A DNA stretch of 64,000 nt, from the sequence record MT995927.1, one strand, 5' to 3'. The position numbers and the translations under genes are program-made. Within the stretch, counting starts at the first letter, position 1, and each line of letters starts with the position of its first letter. Shown piece by piece: positions 1-12,600 of this stretch. A model generated the notes under the pieces. That model saw only the letters and a list, made by a program, of their open reading frames with translations, had not been told where the DNA came from and did not search any database.

Positions 1-81
1 GTGATTCTTTTTACTCTGTTATTGATTTACTATTAGATCATTATCGAGTATTAACTTCGATGGAATACTGATATACATATT

Positions 82-103
82 ACCCTCTCCTTCGGGAGGG
101 GGT
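82..103. terminator. GC-rich hairpin, putative intrinsic terminator
   Basis: ACCCTCTCC-TTCG-GGAGGGGGT; member of a hairpin family repeated across the window. Confidence 0.75.
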
Positions 104-132
104 TTATATCGCATTAATTTTTTTATTACACT

Positions 133-157
133 AAAAAAAGTTTAAGATCTATATTAC
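133..157 (+). promoter_or_regulatory. phiKZ-type early promoter (TATATTAC at 150-157)
   Basis: AAAAAAAGTTTAAGATCTATATTAC between a terminator and ORF 213; matches the phiKZ early promoter core. Confidence 0.7.
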
Positions 158-212
158 AGACATGTATCTATATTGGATACTTATTAAAACTTAATGATTA
201 GGAAAATAGAAA

Positions 213-419
213 ATGAAAGTACTAAAGATCGCAGCTGCAATTATCTCAACTGGTGCCCTCGCTGTTGCCGCTATTAATCTATATAAGGCCGTTTCTAAAT
301 CAACCGTTATTGATGACACCGTAGCTGATGATGATACGGTACTAGACAGTGAAGTAGATATTCTAACTGATGAGCTAGATAAAATCGATATTGATGATAG
401 TGCTCAACAAGTCGATTAA
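213..419 (+). CDS. small protein, N-terminal hydrophobic segment and acidic tail
   Basis: ORF after AGGA; IAAAIISTGALAVAAI then D-rich C-terminus. Confidence 0.65.
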   Translation: MKVLKIAAAIISTGALAVAAINLYKAVSKSTVIDDTVADDDTVLDSEVDILTDELDKIDIDDSAQQVD

Positions 420-437
420 ATAATAGGGTTATCGCTA

Positions 438-866
438 ATGGCGGCATTCACTTTAGCAAACTTAATGGGTGAGCTAAAGAAGAGTTCCGTCATTGACTTA
501 TTCAACGATGGAAAGGTCAAGGCAGAACTCTATCCAGCTCATATGACATATATGGGTAGTGTGGTTGACTTACATCGTGTAGGCGATACATTCAGCTTCT
601 ATGTTGCAGATGGACATGGAGGCGTCACACGCTATCCATGTAGTAATCAGATTCTTGAATCGATAACATTAGAACCAGATGTTTATTATAAGTTAACTGG
701 TAAAAAAGTTATTGAGAAAAGAATTGAATTACCAGCTGTTACAGTACCAATTGAAGAACCCGCTAAGCGCATGCCGCTGGAAACAATCACATCAGTTGCT
801 GTTATTGGCGGGTTTATTTTGTACGTTGGTACACGGTTTTATAAAGCATGTAAAAAATTAAAATAA
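438..866 (+). CDS. hypothetical protein with C-terminal membrane anchor
   Basis: ITSVAVIGGFILYVG followed by basic residues. Confidence 0.7.
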   Translation: MAAFTLANLMGELKKSSVIDLFNDGKVKAELYPAHMTYMGSVVDLHRVGDTFSFYVADGHGGVTRYPCSNQILESITLEPDVYYKLTGKKVIEKRIELPAVTVPIEEPAKRMPLETITSVAVIGGFILYVGTRFYKACKKLK

Positions 867-873
867 TACGGTC

Positions 874-1572
874 ATGCAGTATACTTTAGGTACAATAACC
901 CTAGAGGAAACTGCAATGGCCGTATTAGACCGTCAATTTAATATTCGTTTAAATGGTGCTGATTTAGATAAACAAAAGCGAATTATTAAAGAAATTTATA
1001 CCAGGATTGCAAATGTGAATAACACAGTAATCAATGGTACTACTGTAAGACTGATTTTATTTGTTAAAGCTAATGGCCAAGTGGCTACTGGAAGCGATGC
1101 TATTAAACTAATCAACGATGCAGAAACTAATCTACAGGCGTGGGTTCTTTCTAATCGCTTTATCTTTAAATGGATGTTTAGCCATGCTAGTGATTTTGGT
1201 GCAATCTCTTCCAATTTTGAAGAAGTTTCACCAGGTGTTTATGATTGGAGTAAACGCCGTAGCTTTAATAAAGAATTTGATGATGAGCTAGCTAAAGCAA
1301 AAGAACGAAAACTAATTCGTCAAAATAAACCTACTCTATTTAAAACTATTAAGAAAGTAGGTAAAGCTGCATATGAAACTATTTCAGATAACTCAACTGC
1401 AATCGTAAGTTTAACTGCTATTGGACTATTAGCTCTTAAAGTAACATCTGATCATAATCAAGTTATTAACCAAATGAATGTTATTAAGAAATCAATTGGT
1501 AATATTGAGCTACCACCTGTTGAAGTAATCGTAAATACAGTTGGTGATGTATTAGATATCGATTTGTATTAA
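874..1572 (+). CDS. hypothetical protein with one predicted TM segment
   Basis: 232 aa ORF; TAIVSLTAIGLLAL segment. Confidence 0.75.
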   Translation: MQYTLGTITLEETAMAVLDRQFNIRLNGADLDKQKRIIKEIYTRIANVNNTVINGTTVRLILFVKANGQVATGSDAIKLINDAETNLQAWVLSNRFIFKWMFSHASDFGAISSNFEEVSPGVYDWSKRRSFNKEFDDELAKAKERKLIRQNKPTLFKTIKKVGKAAYETISDNSTAIVSLTAIGLLALKVTSDHNQVINQMNVIKKSIGNIELPPVEVIVNTVGDVLDIDLY

Positions 1573-1581
1573 GTGCATAAC

Positions 1582-1602
1582 GCCCTCCCATTACGGGAGG
1601 GC
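1582..1602. terminator. bidirectional hairpin between convergent genes
   Basis: GCCCTCCC-ATTAC-GGGAGGGC. Confidence 0.8.
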
Positions 1603-1617
1603 TATATGTCGTTAATA

Positions 1618-2133
1618 TCAATCGTTTTCTAATTCTTTTTCTCGTGCAGCATCCATCCGCTCCATAAATGCATTGGATTCCTCCATGATGATACCGATTT
1701 CAGTTTCACCTTCTTCAATAGTGTAATTCTCAAATTCCTCATCAGGAATATCTGGAATCTCACGTGGTGTTGCAGGGACATCATTCGGATCACGTATTAA
1801 TGGATTACGGTTCATTTGCATCTTAACGAATTCAGCAAAGCCTTCAGCAAGTTCACGGTTAGAGCGTGCACCCTCAGAATCAACTTGAATACGACGGTTA
1901 GCAATTGTTGTCTTATCCATTGAATCTGTTAATTTAAGAATCATATCAACTGATTCTTTATCAGTAGGTACTTTACCAGTTGTATTTTCTAATACAGCTT
2001 TTAGTACTTTCTCTTTAACTGATTGTGTATACCGTATCTGCTGCTCATATTCTAGATCAGCATATACCTTTTCTTCTGTAGTTGATGATTTCTTTTCTAA
2101 AGGCTCATCAGATAAATCTGCACCATGGAACAT
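1618..2133 (-). CDS. hypothetical protein
   Basis: 171 aa ORF with SD (GAGGA); no family recognised. Confidence 0.75.
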   Translation of the reverse strand: MFHGADLSDEPLEKKSSTTEEKVYADLEYEQQIRYTQSVKEKVLKAVLENTTGKVPTDKESVDMILKLTDSMDKTTIANRRIQVDSEGARSNRELAEGFAEFVKMQMNRNPLIRDPNDVPATPREIPDIPDEEFENYTIEEGETEIGIIMEESNAFMERMDAAREKELEND

Positions 2134-2212
2134 TTTATTATCCTCTAATTAGTAATAGTAATACCTAACATACTTACCATATGCTAAGTATCTGAAAAAT
2201 AGGTCCTATATC

Positions 2213-2737
2213 ATGTTTAAGAAACTTATTCAATATTTCCGGGGCTTCCAAAAGGAAGTTGGTAAAGAACAACTTCTAACTGAATTAGAACGGATAGATA
2301 AAGATATTATTTCAGGTGAAGAACGATTAAAAGCTATTAATAATTTCTGGCAATTAATTAATCTGGATGAATTAAAAACTCTGACCATCAGGAAGATGAT
2401 AGGTGTTCCTGTCTATCTAAGACATTACAGTATTGGTTATTTATTAGATGCTCTAACTAGGTTAAATGATCATATTGCAAATGAAGATGATCTAAAGATT
2501 AGTGAAATGTGTCGTACTGAGTTTATCGACAGGAAATCAATTGACCTTGATGAATATTTTATAAACAGTAATGATAGTTTTATTGATGTATGTAAATCTA
2601 TTGAAACTATGCGTGACTTAATTTGGCAACAAACTGAATATCTTGAACAGATTAACCATCAAGCATATCAGCGCCAGATGGATAGAATGTACTATGATAT
2701 TATTGAACTATCAAGAGCAATTATTAAGTTACTATGA
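2213..2737 (+). CDS. hypothetical protein
   Basis: 174 aa ORF. Confidence 0.75.
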   Translation: MFKKLIQYFRGFQKEVGKEQLLTELERIDKDIISGEERLKAINNFWQLINLDELKTLTIRKMIGVPVYLRHYSIGYLLDALTRLNDHIANEDDLKISEMCRTEFIDRKSIDLDEYFINSNDSFIDVCKSIETMRDLIWQQTEYLEQINHQAYQRQMDRMYYDIIELSRAIIKLL

Positions 2738-2807
2738 GGTGCAGACTATACAAGTATAAATTAATATAAAGTGTGTTTATTATCAATTCACCGTAGGTGT
2801 AAAAAAG

Positions 2808-3569
2808 ATGGAATCTGTAAAAGACTTATTAAGCGATCCTCAAAAAGGATTAAGGCAGGCAGAAGGGGTTTTGTGTTATGTTTTCCGGGAAGTACTACTG
2901 TGGCGTAATATGACACAGTTTGCTTGGGATAAACGTTTGAATGCATACTTTCAAAAACCACATAACAAGAATAACCCAGATAAAGGTAATCTTAATAAAG
3001 CACTTAAAGCTGATACAATGAGTTGGGATGGCTTTAAGAAAGCTATTGATTTCTTATCACCTGTTAAAGCAACATTAGAGGTACGTCTGATTTGGGGTAC
3101 ATCAAAACCTGATTCAGTTTATACGATCAATATCGATCCAACTGAAGATGAGGTAACTTGCTCTGCAAATGATTTCCCCTATGAAGAATGTGAAATTTTT
3201 AAGAATCAAAAACCAGCTACAACTACAATGGCCCATCTGTATAGGCATATTCTCTGGAAAGAAGGAATTAACCAGGAGAAGTGGGATAAGCTATGGGAAG
3301 AGTTTTTAAATAATCCAGTCAACCTTGTAGGATTGGATAAAAAGAAACTTACCTCATTGGCTAATACACAAAGGCGTGGTTTACTATCGCCCAATATGTC
3401 TTGGAATACATTAAGACGTGGATTCCTACTACTACGGCCTAAAGAGGAGAGATACACTCTTTCTCTACAATGGACTGATGATCCTAATCTTCGAGATAAA
3501 CTAGAGGACAGTGTGCATATTGTTCCTGTACCTGATCCTCATTGGGTGGAGCCTAATTCAAATGAATAA
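2808..3569 (+). CDS. hypothetical protein with internally duplicated domain
   Basis: two similar halves (REVLLW..WDK..MSWDGF / RHILW..WDK..MSWNTL). Confidence 0.75.
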   Translation: MESVKDLLSDPQKGLRQAEGVLCYVFREVLLWRNMTQFAWDKRLNAYFQKPHNKNNPDKGNLNKALKADTMSWDGFKKAIDFLSPVKATLEVRLIWGTSKPDSVYTINIDPTEDEVTCSANDFPYEECEIFKNQKPATTTMAHLYRHILWKEGINQEKWDKLWEEFLNNPVNLVGLDKKKLTSLANTQRRGLLSPNMSWNTLRRGFLLLRPKEERYTLSLQWTDDPNLRDKLEDSVHIVPVPDPHWVEPNSNE

Positions 3570-4002
3570 TCCAGAAACCCCATGGGTACAAAATAATTAT
3601 CCTGTAGATAGCATCATTGTAGATCAGAGCGGTAATACACCGCTCCCTGATCTATTTCAGTTTAATGGAAAAGAGAAGAAGACCACACTTGATAATGAGA
3701 ATTTCTTTTCATTCAAAGGTCTTCGGATGTATCTCATCACTGGTAAAAAAGAAAAGGCTTTTCTTCAACCAGAGGTTAATTCCCATTATAAATTAGACTA
3801 TGGTTTAAAGTATCAATACGTAGATGGACTTACCAATATCCTTCGTGATACCCTATTATTAAATCTTAATAGTCGACCATTCGTTTTATTTAAAGCAAAA
3901 AGTTTTGGTCCATTAGTTTTATCAGGAGCAAACCTAACCATTCAAGAAAAAGAATGGTTTGAAATTGTTTGTGATGTTATTAAATCAATCAAACAGAGAT
4001 AA
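3562..4002 (+). CDS. hypothetical protein
   Basis: ATG 3562 overlapping upstream stop preferred over track start 3511. Confidence 0.65.
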   Translation: MNNPETPWVQNNYPVDSIIVDQSGNTPLPDLFQFNGKEKKTTLDNENFFSFKGLRMYLITGKKEKAFLQPEVNSHYKLDYGLKYQYVDGLTNILRDTLLLNLNSRPFVLFKAKSFGPLVLSGANLTIQEKEWFEIVCDVIKSIKQR

Positions 4003-4006
4003 CTTA

Positions 4007-4933
4007 ATGCATACTGAACATAGCCTTAAAATCAGTAAAAAGATTAACTTCCTTGTGCAAGTAGAAGCACGTATTAATGAACTATATCAGCAAAGACAAA
4101 ATATGTCAATTGATCAATTCTCAAAAGAATTTTTCAATGAATCACCTGATGTAGTTAAACAAGCTATCACTGAGCTATATACAACATATCCATTCCAAGA
4201 TGAAACTAATCCAAAACGGCAAAACCTTCGTTTAGCTATATTTATCCACGATAATGATGTTAGTTGGATTAGTTCAATTCTAGGCGTAGATGAATTTAAT
4301 AATGTTTTAAGGCACGCAGATATTTTTTATAATTATGTTAGTAGTTGCGAGACTGTTGTTCAGCGTAATTATTATGCGTCTTTACCAGATTACCGTGGCT
4401 ACATGTATGCTATCTATGAAGAGGCATTCAACCGCGTTGCCCCACTAGTCAATAAGTATTTAGATATTGATGCACATGACAGTGTTTCATTTTTAGAAAC
4501 ACCCCATGTTCTACCAAAAAAGAGTGTATCTATTAAAGATATTATTGATCCATTTGGTCCATATAAACCTAATTACTGTATTAGTGATATTTATAGTGCA
4601 CAAGCTACACAAGTAACAGAAAATACATATATCGCAGTTAATACATTTATCCGTACTGAGGTATATGAAAGACTATGTGCTGAAGGCGATACTGTAGATA
4701 AGATTGTTATTTCAGATAAACAAAGTATTATTAATGATGAGGATTATATTAAACTAGTCCAAGATAAGATTAATGCATTCCATAAAGAAATGGTAGATAA
4801 TGATTTTATACTTTATGCGCCGTTTAATATGTCCAGGTTAATTTATGTAATGAAGGCTAAATATCCGATTAAAGTTACTATTAGTTGTAAGGGATTCAAG
4901 CATATTGGAAAATTTATTGCTTATAAAAAATAG
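4007..4933 (+). CDS. hypothetical protein
   Basis: ATG 4007 just after upstream stop. Confidence 0.7.
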   Translation: MHTEHSLKISKKINFLVQVEARINELYQQRQNMSIDQFSKEFFNESPDVVKQAITELYTTYPFQDETNPKRQNLRLAIFIHDNDVSWISSILGVDEFNNVLRHADIFYNYVSSCETVVQRNYYASLPDYRGYMYAIYEEAFNRVAPLVNKYLDIDAHDSVSFLETPHVLPKKSVSIKDIIDPFGPYKPNYCISDIYSAQATQVTENTYIAVNTFIRTEVYERLCAEGDTVDKIVISDKQSIINDEDYIKLVQDKINAFHKEMVDNDFILYAPFNMSRLIYVMKAKYPIKVTISCKGFKHIGKFIAYKK

Positions 4934-4943
4934 TAGTTTTTAA

Positions 4944-6080
<1,137 letters not shown>

Positions 6081-6088
6081 CAGCATAA

Positions 6089-6109
6089 GCCCTCCCATTA
6101 CGGGAGGGC
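6089..6109. terminator. bidirectional hairpin between convergent genes
   Basis: GCCCTCCC-ATTAC-GGGAGGGC followed by TTATG and a T-run. Confidence 0.8.
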
Positions 6110-6131
6110 ATTATGTCTTTTTTTTTTATTT

Positions 6132-6944
6132 TTAACGCATGAAGCCAGGGCGCCTATGTTTAACTGGTGAAATATCCCAGCCAAGACTTTTCGCTAGATC
6201 TGTCACATTGGTGATATCAGAACATTCAAAACCCATGTTAATTTGACGTTCACGTTCACGCTGTACCTGATATAGAGTATCAGGCGTGATAACCATTAAT
6301 TGATCTTCATAGTTCTCTAATGCAGGGGAATTCCATTTATTAGCACCGTAAATACCACCTTCCCCAACCATATCCCAAGTTGAAATCTCACGGGTATATT
6401 TGATACCGCGCATAGGATCATCTTGAGTTATTGACCTTACCGAGCAATAAGTATTCTGAGAAGGATTGGTAATAGATGCTTCGAAGTACTTACCAAAAGG
6501 ACCGTATGGTTTGCATTTGCCAAGTACTAGTTTAATAGGAAGACCTTTCTCATCTGTAGAATCAACCAGAATAAGTTCCTTAATATGCGCACACACACGA
6601 TCATCATCGATTTGACGAATTCGCATTAGGTACTCATGTTCATTCATCCGTGTGCCATCTTTACGATAGGGTTCAGGGTGTTTGTATTCCATGAATAGAA
6701 CACCCTTTTTAACACGGCGCATTAAAGGTGAGTCTGGATTAAACATAGATACGCCGGATGCCATTTCATAGAACATACCAGCTGAATTTCGGGTACCATA
6801 AGCTCCTAGTGGAGTTAGATAGTAACCATCCGCATCAGGTACTAATACACCTTTTTTATTAGTACCGGCTAACATATCACTGCCGATAACTACTTGGTTA
6901 TTAGTACGCTGTTGCAAACCAGAAAAATTAGAATATGGTTGCAT
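6132..6944 (-). CDS. prohead (head maturation) protease, phiKZ gp175-like
   Basis: 270 aa; EYKHPEP (His) and YCSVRS (Ser) motifs; A-L-E at residue 210 followed by a 60-aa tail; synteny with vRNAP genes. Confidence 0.8.
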   Translation of the reverse strand: MQPYSNFSGLQQRTNNQVVIGSDMLAGTNKKGVLVPDADGYYLTPLGAYGTRNSAGMFYEMASGVSMFNPDSPLMRRVKKGVLFMEYKHPEPYRKDGTRMNEHEYLMRIRQIDDDRVCAHIKELILVDSTDEKGLPIKLVLGKCKPYGPFGKYFEASITNPSQNTYCSVRSITQDDPMRGIKYTREISTWDMVGEGGIYGANKWNSPALENYEDQLMVITPDTLYQVQRERERQINMGFECSDITNVTDLAKSLGWDISPVKHRRPGFMR

Positions 6945-6955
6945 AACGCAACTCC

Positions 6956-7684
6956 TTAGGTCCTGAGGAGTTCTTCAATAAGCTCTACTGACTCAGATGG
7001 GTTAACAAGTGCTGATGTGATACCTTGATCAAAATAAGCCCCATTGAGTTTTGATGTTGTGTCTGAAGTATTCCAGATAACTGAACGGAATGGTACGTCG
7101 ACTGGTGGATTATCCACGATATCACTGTGTCTAGTTAACACATGTCGATATAGTTGTGATATATCATCCGAGGCACGCTGAGTGGTTGAAATAATAAGTT
7201 GTAATGTAGGCCATCCACCAAGGTTAACACCAGCGTGTAAATTAGCTGTCTCAAATAATTTGGCTTTGTCATAATAGTTAATATACCAAGGGAAGTTTCC
7301 TTTGTTAATTAACTCATCATAGACATAGTAAGTTAATGTATCATTAACAACTAAGTAAGTATTCTGGAAAATCTTACTACCTTTATCAAAATGAAATTCT
7401 AGATAAACTTCACCATTGATGTGGACGCGTTCAGTAGAGATTGGATTTATCCGCATCATTGCAATAGTATTATTTACTGCGTAATATTCATCATTAAAAA
7501 TAATAGGAAATATACCAATAGTGAATACTTCACTACCAATAACAGCTAGATGTCTTCCTGTAAATCTTTCTGGAATCTGTATTTTACATGGGGCATTAGT
7601 TACTACTGAATTATCTTCTAAATCAGTTAGATGACTGTGGACCCGTTCTGGATCCCGTCGAAGAGAACGTACGTCCATTATCAT
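6956..7684 (-). CDS. conserved virion-block protein (position of phiKZ gp176)
   Basis: 242 aa; synteny between protease and vRNAP. Confidence 0.6.
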   Translation of the reverse strand: MIMDVRSLRRDPERVHSHLTDLEDNSVVTNAPCKIQIPERFTGRHLAVIGSEVFTIGIFPIIFNDEYYAVNNTIAMMRINPISTERVHINGEVYLEFHFDKGSKIFQNTYLVVNDTLTYYVYDELINKGNFPWYINYYDKAKLFETANLHAGVNLGGWPTLQLIISTTQRASDDISQLYRHVLTRHSDIVDNPPVDVPFRSVIWNTSDTTSKLNGAYFDQGITSALVNPSESVELIEELLRT

Positions 7685-7757
7685 GTCCTAATTGTTCATT
7701 TATGTAAAGATTAAAATACTTAATCAAAATCATGCACCTTTAAATATTCGCTGTATT

Positions 7758-7785
7758 ACTCCGGTATCCTTCCAAATACCGGAGT
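7758..7785. terminator. intergenic hairpin
   Basis: ACTCCGGTAT-CCTTCCAA-ATACCGGAGT. Confidence 0.6.
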
Positions 7786-7831
7786 TTATCATCGATTGCA
7801 TGTTTTAATGATTATTAACCATTAAGATAAT

Positions 7832-9391
7832 TTAATTAGAAACTTCTTCTTCGATTTCAACATCATCTAAAGTTTCAGTGCTATCATCTTCTACAGTTTC
7901 AATAACTTCTTTTACTGGTAGTTTTGCATAAGGATCAACAACACCAGTGAACCGCTCAACTTTAATCTGTTGAGACAGCCATGCTGCCATTAGTGAAATT
8001 AGTGATTGTGTATTGAGTTCACGTAGAGTGGCCTCAGGATACATTTGACTAAATTCATCAACTGCTAGCAGATATTGCCAGTAAACATTTTCTGTAAAGA
8101 ATGTTTTACAGATAAGTTTACCAAAGGTGATATAAGGATTCTTAAGATCTTCAGTCGTCATCGTACTCATTGCTTCTTTAATACGATATTCGAGTTCATT
8201 AACATGGCGATCTTTAAGTTCAGTATTAATGACACCATCCATAAATGATTCATGAATGTCATTGCGTAGTTTACGTAAACCTTTATCCATAGCCGATTGT
8301 TTAATCAGCGGATATACTGATAGCCAACGTTGAATAAACTGTTCTGAGTTATTAAGAATCTGTTCTAGGTAAATGTTATTACTACCTGCTACAGCTGCAC
8401 CAAGGATAGCTTGGATGTCACCACCGGCTAATTCAAATTGAGGTGCAACATCACCATTAATGATTACTTTGCAACGAGAATTAGCAACTACATTATTAGC
8501 TTCTGAGGCTAGGATGAGTAGACCTGCATCACGATCAGCTTGACGACGTTCATAAGCACGCTTGAGATAGAATCCAAACATCTCATGTAGTTTACGAATA
8601 GTTAGTGACCATGTTTCTAGGTCAACATCACTCTCGCCAATAACTTCAACCGGGTTATCGATGTAGTGACCGCAAATCATGTAAGCCAGAGCTAGTGAAT
8701 CAACAGTGAATGGGAAGGACCTACCCACAACATATTCAAGTTCACCTGGAATGAGAAGACGACCATCATTGAAGATGGAATTCCACACACCTTCAATAAC
8801 AGCGGCACTATTAGGAATAGATAGTAGCCATTCTTCAACTTCAGTTTGATCTAGATGCGGATTACCCATTGACACTAACCGAATAATTTCATTAGCATCA
8901 ATTGATTCTAGAATAAAGGTACGATACTCAGGTAGCGGCTGTAAATTATTGTATCGTGTACTAACGTGTGCAGTTAAGCGTGGATCACTATGAACTGCAT
9001 TATAGTGGTAGAATGTAGCGCTTACATCTGGTTGACAACTAATGCTTTGACGCTCATTAAAAACACGTACCATATATTCAATTGCAGGGCAAATAACATT
9101 CTGCGTATTGAATTGGATCTTTTGTAATGATGAGCAGACATGTGCAATCAGAGCTTCTTGCTCTTCTTCTACACTAACAGGTTGCTCTTGGTTAGCTTCC
9201 TCGAAGAACTCTTCTACAGATGCTTCCAGCTCTTCAGAGAGGGCAACTTTATTAGAGTTGCCATCTACACTGAAACCATCTGCAAAGACCGCAAGGGGAT
9301 ATGTTTCATTAGGGATAACTAGAACAAGGTTATCCTCAGTTAGACTACGTGCTGAGCCAACAATCGCAGCTTGGGTTTCTTTACAGAACAT
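7832..9391 (-). CDS. putative virion protein (position of phiKZ gp177)
   Basis: 519 aa; acidic N- and C-terminal segments; synteny. Confidence 0.6.
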   Translation of the reverse strand: MFCKETQAAIVGSARSLTEDNLVLVIPNETYPLAVFADGFSVDGNSNKVALSEELEASVEEFFEEANQEQPVSVEEEQEALIAHVCSSLQKIQFNTQNVICPAIEYMVRVFNERQSISCQPDVSATFYHYNAVHSDPRLTAHVSTRYNNLQPLPEYRTFILESIDANEIIRLVSMGNPHLDQTEVEEWLLSIPNSAAVIEGVWNSIFNDGRLLIPGELEYVVGRSFPFTVDSLALAYMICGHYIDNPVEVIGESDVDLETWSLTIRKLHEMFGFYLKRAYERRQADRDAGLLILASEANNVVANSRCKVIINGDVAPQFELAGGDIQAILGAAVAGSNNIYLEQILNNSEQFIQRWLSVYPLIKQSAMDKGLRKLRNDIHESFMDGVINTELKDRHVNELEYRIKEAMSTMTTEDLKNPYITFGKLICKTFFTENVYWQYLLAVDEFSQMYPEATLRELNTQSLISLMAAWLSQQIKVERFTGVVDPYAKLPVKEVIETVEDDSTETLDDVEIEEEVSN

Positions 9392-9402
9392 TTTAACACT
9401 CC

Positions 9403-9600
9403 TTAGATATTGAGGTTCTTCATTAAGCGAGCGTTTAAAGCTGCTGCAATATCAGCCTCAGTTAAAAACTCCCCATTCAGAGATGGGGAGCTGGTGGTGC
9501 CACCAAGCGATTGTAGAATTGCTTGAGTACCTAGTTTAACAGCAGCATGAAGAACAGCAATGTTCTGACCATGTGCTACATTATTACTTAGCTTTTGCAT
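9403..9600 (-). CDS. small hypothetical protein
   Basis: 65 aa ORF overlapping the vRNAP beta stop, SD GGAG downstream gene spacing consistent. Confidence 0.55.
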   Translation of the reverse strand: MQKLSNNVAHGQNIAVLHAAVKLGTQAILQSLGGTTSSPSLNGEFLTEADIAAALNARLMKNLNI

Positions 9601-12600
9601 TAGTGTTTCCTCTATATACAGCTACAAGATGTTTTCCAGCTGCCCACAAGATACCAGTTGTTGTAGCAATGATTTTAGGAGATAGAACCATTCGTTCTTC
9701 TACCGATGTATTACCGAATAGTAGATCAATATTACGGCCATCTTCAGTTTCATTACGTCCAGTCATTACACGGGAGAATACCGTTTTCATCTGGTTAGCT
9801 ACTACGCCTTTATCTCCAACACCACATGGGATATCATGATCGATATACACTCGAATAATCATGTGGTCATATTCTAAGGCTCGTCCTTTCACTCGATAGT
9901 TAGCATCTACTTGTCCAGTGAAAGTAGGTTCTTTCAATGATTTAGCTCGTTCAGCGCGTTGTTTATCTGACGTATTAGCTAATGCTTGTAAACTTGGTGC
10001 CATATCGTCTATTTCACCATGATAGAAGCATTCAATCTTTGATACTGTACCTACGAGCTTAGCACGTGGCGAATATGCTGATAGTTTGCGTAATGTCTCA
10101 ATAGATGCCTCGTCATATAGTGAGTGAGCAGCTGTTTCAGGATCTTCAATTATACATAGAATTGAATTTAAGTCGACATGATCCCCAACTTTCACCATAT
10201 CTCGAATAGTCTGATCAAACCTAACATCGATATTCTTGATTGCAGTTGTTTGAGTATTTAACCTTTTAGCTAGGTCTTCAGAAATAACTGAACCGTCTTC
10301 TAAAGTGTCAAGGTTATCATCAAATGCTACAACAGCCATACAACCGGCTTTCCATAATACTTGCCCAGGCGTATACCTATCTTCAGAGAAATAACGTTTG
10401 TTATATGTGATAGTATCTCCACGTTTAAACTTATCACCTTTCTTTAATGAGGTAACAAGAATGTGTGGGTAGTTAACACCAGCTGCTGTGCCATGAACTG
10501 TACCTAATTGATATCCAAATACATTACCATCAGCATATTTAACTTGGATACCATATTCATCAATAGCTACAACTTCACCATCTTGTTCTGCTGCTACAGC
10601 AAAGATAGAACTAGTCCTTTGGGCTATGATTTGTTCATAGCCTGTACGAACTGGTGTAACTGTATACCCATCAGCATAAATACCTTGCTGCTGCTGAATT
10701 GATATAAAGTTAATTCGCTTAGGGTCATCATGTTCGGTTGCAACACCAAGCAGTGCACTAGTTGAGAGTAGTCTAGCTGGCCCATCTGTCTTTGGATCAA
10801 ACATACGCGTAACACCACGCATGTTTACAAAGTTAGCATCAGGTACTAAGTAAGCAATAACACCAACGTCACCTGAGTCCACAGTTGATTCACTAACCAC
10901 ACCAACATCCGCTTCACCGTAAATACGTGTACGTGCAACCATTGAAGTTGGACCGCGTCCACCATCTCCACGATAAGTCATCGCTTCTTGTTCACGGATA
11001 TTTGCAATGGGGTTAGAATCTTCAATAGTGGCTACTGTCGGATCTTGTACAATCTTGCGCCAGATCACGTGTGGATCTAACTCGACAGTTTGCACTGACC
11101 CACCATTACGCATATTAAATACACGTACCGCTCTATTGAGTTCATTAAAAATAGCCCCTGCCATGCGCTCATAACCACGATAGCGCATATATGCACCATC
11201 TACTTCTGCTGGACTCCAGTCGTTCGTTAATAACTCGACAGACCGATAAAGCAATCCTTCAAAAGTAGTTGGTTCACCCATCTCCTTGAGTAGACCCTCA
11301 GTGATTGGATCGACCCATGCTGAGAAGAGTGTATCAATATCACGTGTAAATCTATTACTTAATCCAGCTTCTTCAAGAACCCTGAAGTAAACATCTCGTT
11401 TATTGAAATCATAAACAGAATAACGCCGCAGTGATTTATGATAACGTTTGAGTCCACTTAATACAAGCATTGCTTTATAATCAGCTCGATCAAATACTAG
11501 GATCTCATCAGCGAACGCTAATGTATAATCCGTACTATTGACAACAATCCTGGTACCACGCTGATGACGCTGATAATTAACATTCAACTTCTTAAGTAGA
11601 TTGTTTAAGCCATGGTGATATGCTAAAATGAAACCTAATGGTAGCTCTTTACCACCAATTGACATTAGAATAGCTTCTAACGGCGCTTTGGTTAGATCTA
11701 AGCCAAGTATATCTGTAATGGTACCAATAGGTTCTAGCTCATTACCTGTTTTCATGTAAAAGATGGAATTCTTATCTAACAAGATAGCATCAGTGCCATT
11801 GAACCCCACCATTATCAAATCATCAGTTTCATAATCTTCGATATGTAATCCTTGTTTTGCAAAGAATTCATTACGATCTTTGAAATTAAAATAGAACACA
11901 TTACGGTGATTATGGAAGCCTTTAAAAGCTGTTCCTAAAGTAGTGTACACCCTTGGTAGAACATAGTTGGATTGATCTAATTCAGCATAGGTAACTGAAT
12001 GTACAGACATATCACTTCCATCTAATGCACGGTTGGTAATCGCTCTGATTAACCAATTATCAAAGTTGTTTTCAGCACGTTCAGATCTGGTCACAAAGGT
12101 CTTATTATAATAAGAGGTCAATGCAACTTTACGTGGATTAACTTTACGAATTGGAATATCAGCACGTTGTAAACGTTGGCGATATGTTACCCCATTAGAC
12201 ATGAACCTACCGTCATTATCAATGACAGGGATACGGAACATTACTTGTGAACTTCTACCACGAATAGGCTTTAATGTAACTTTGTGGATTTGGTAATGGT
12301 TACCAGAATCGCGTACAGTTTCAATTTTGTAATTAGTTACTGATACGCCTTGTTTCTGAACAGATAACACACTGTTTAAAATATCTTTCTTTAATAAGAC
12401 CTTGTTGTATTTGCGTTGGATGGCTTTTAACTTACTACCCAACATTGATTTATCAACAATGGTTGGCTTATCTTCAAAAGTGGTGTCTTCTGGAATCTTA
12501 AGATCATCTGGATGATATTCCATCGCCTCAGCGATCGTCATAGGTTCTACTGATTCATCATTAGGATCGGTAAATGGATCAGGTAGACGACGATACATAA

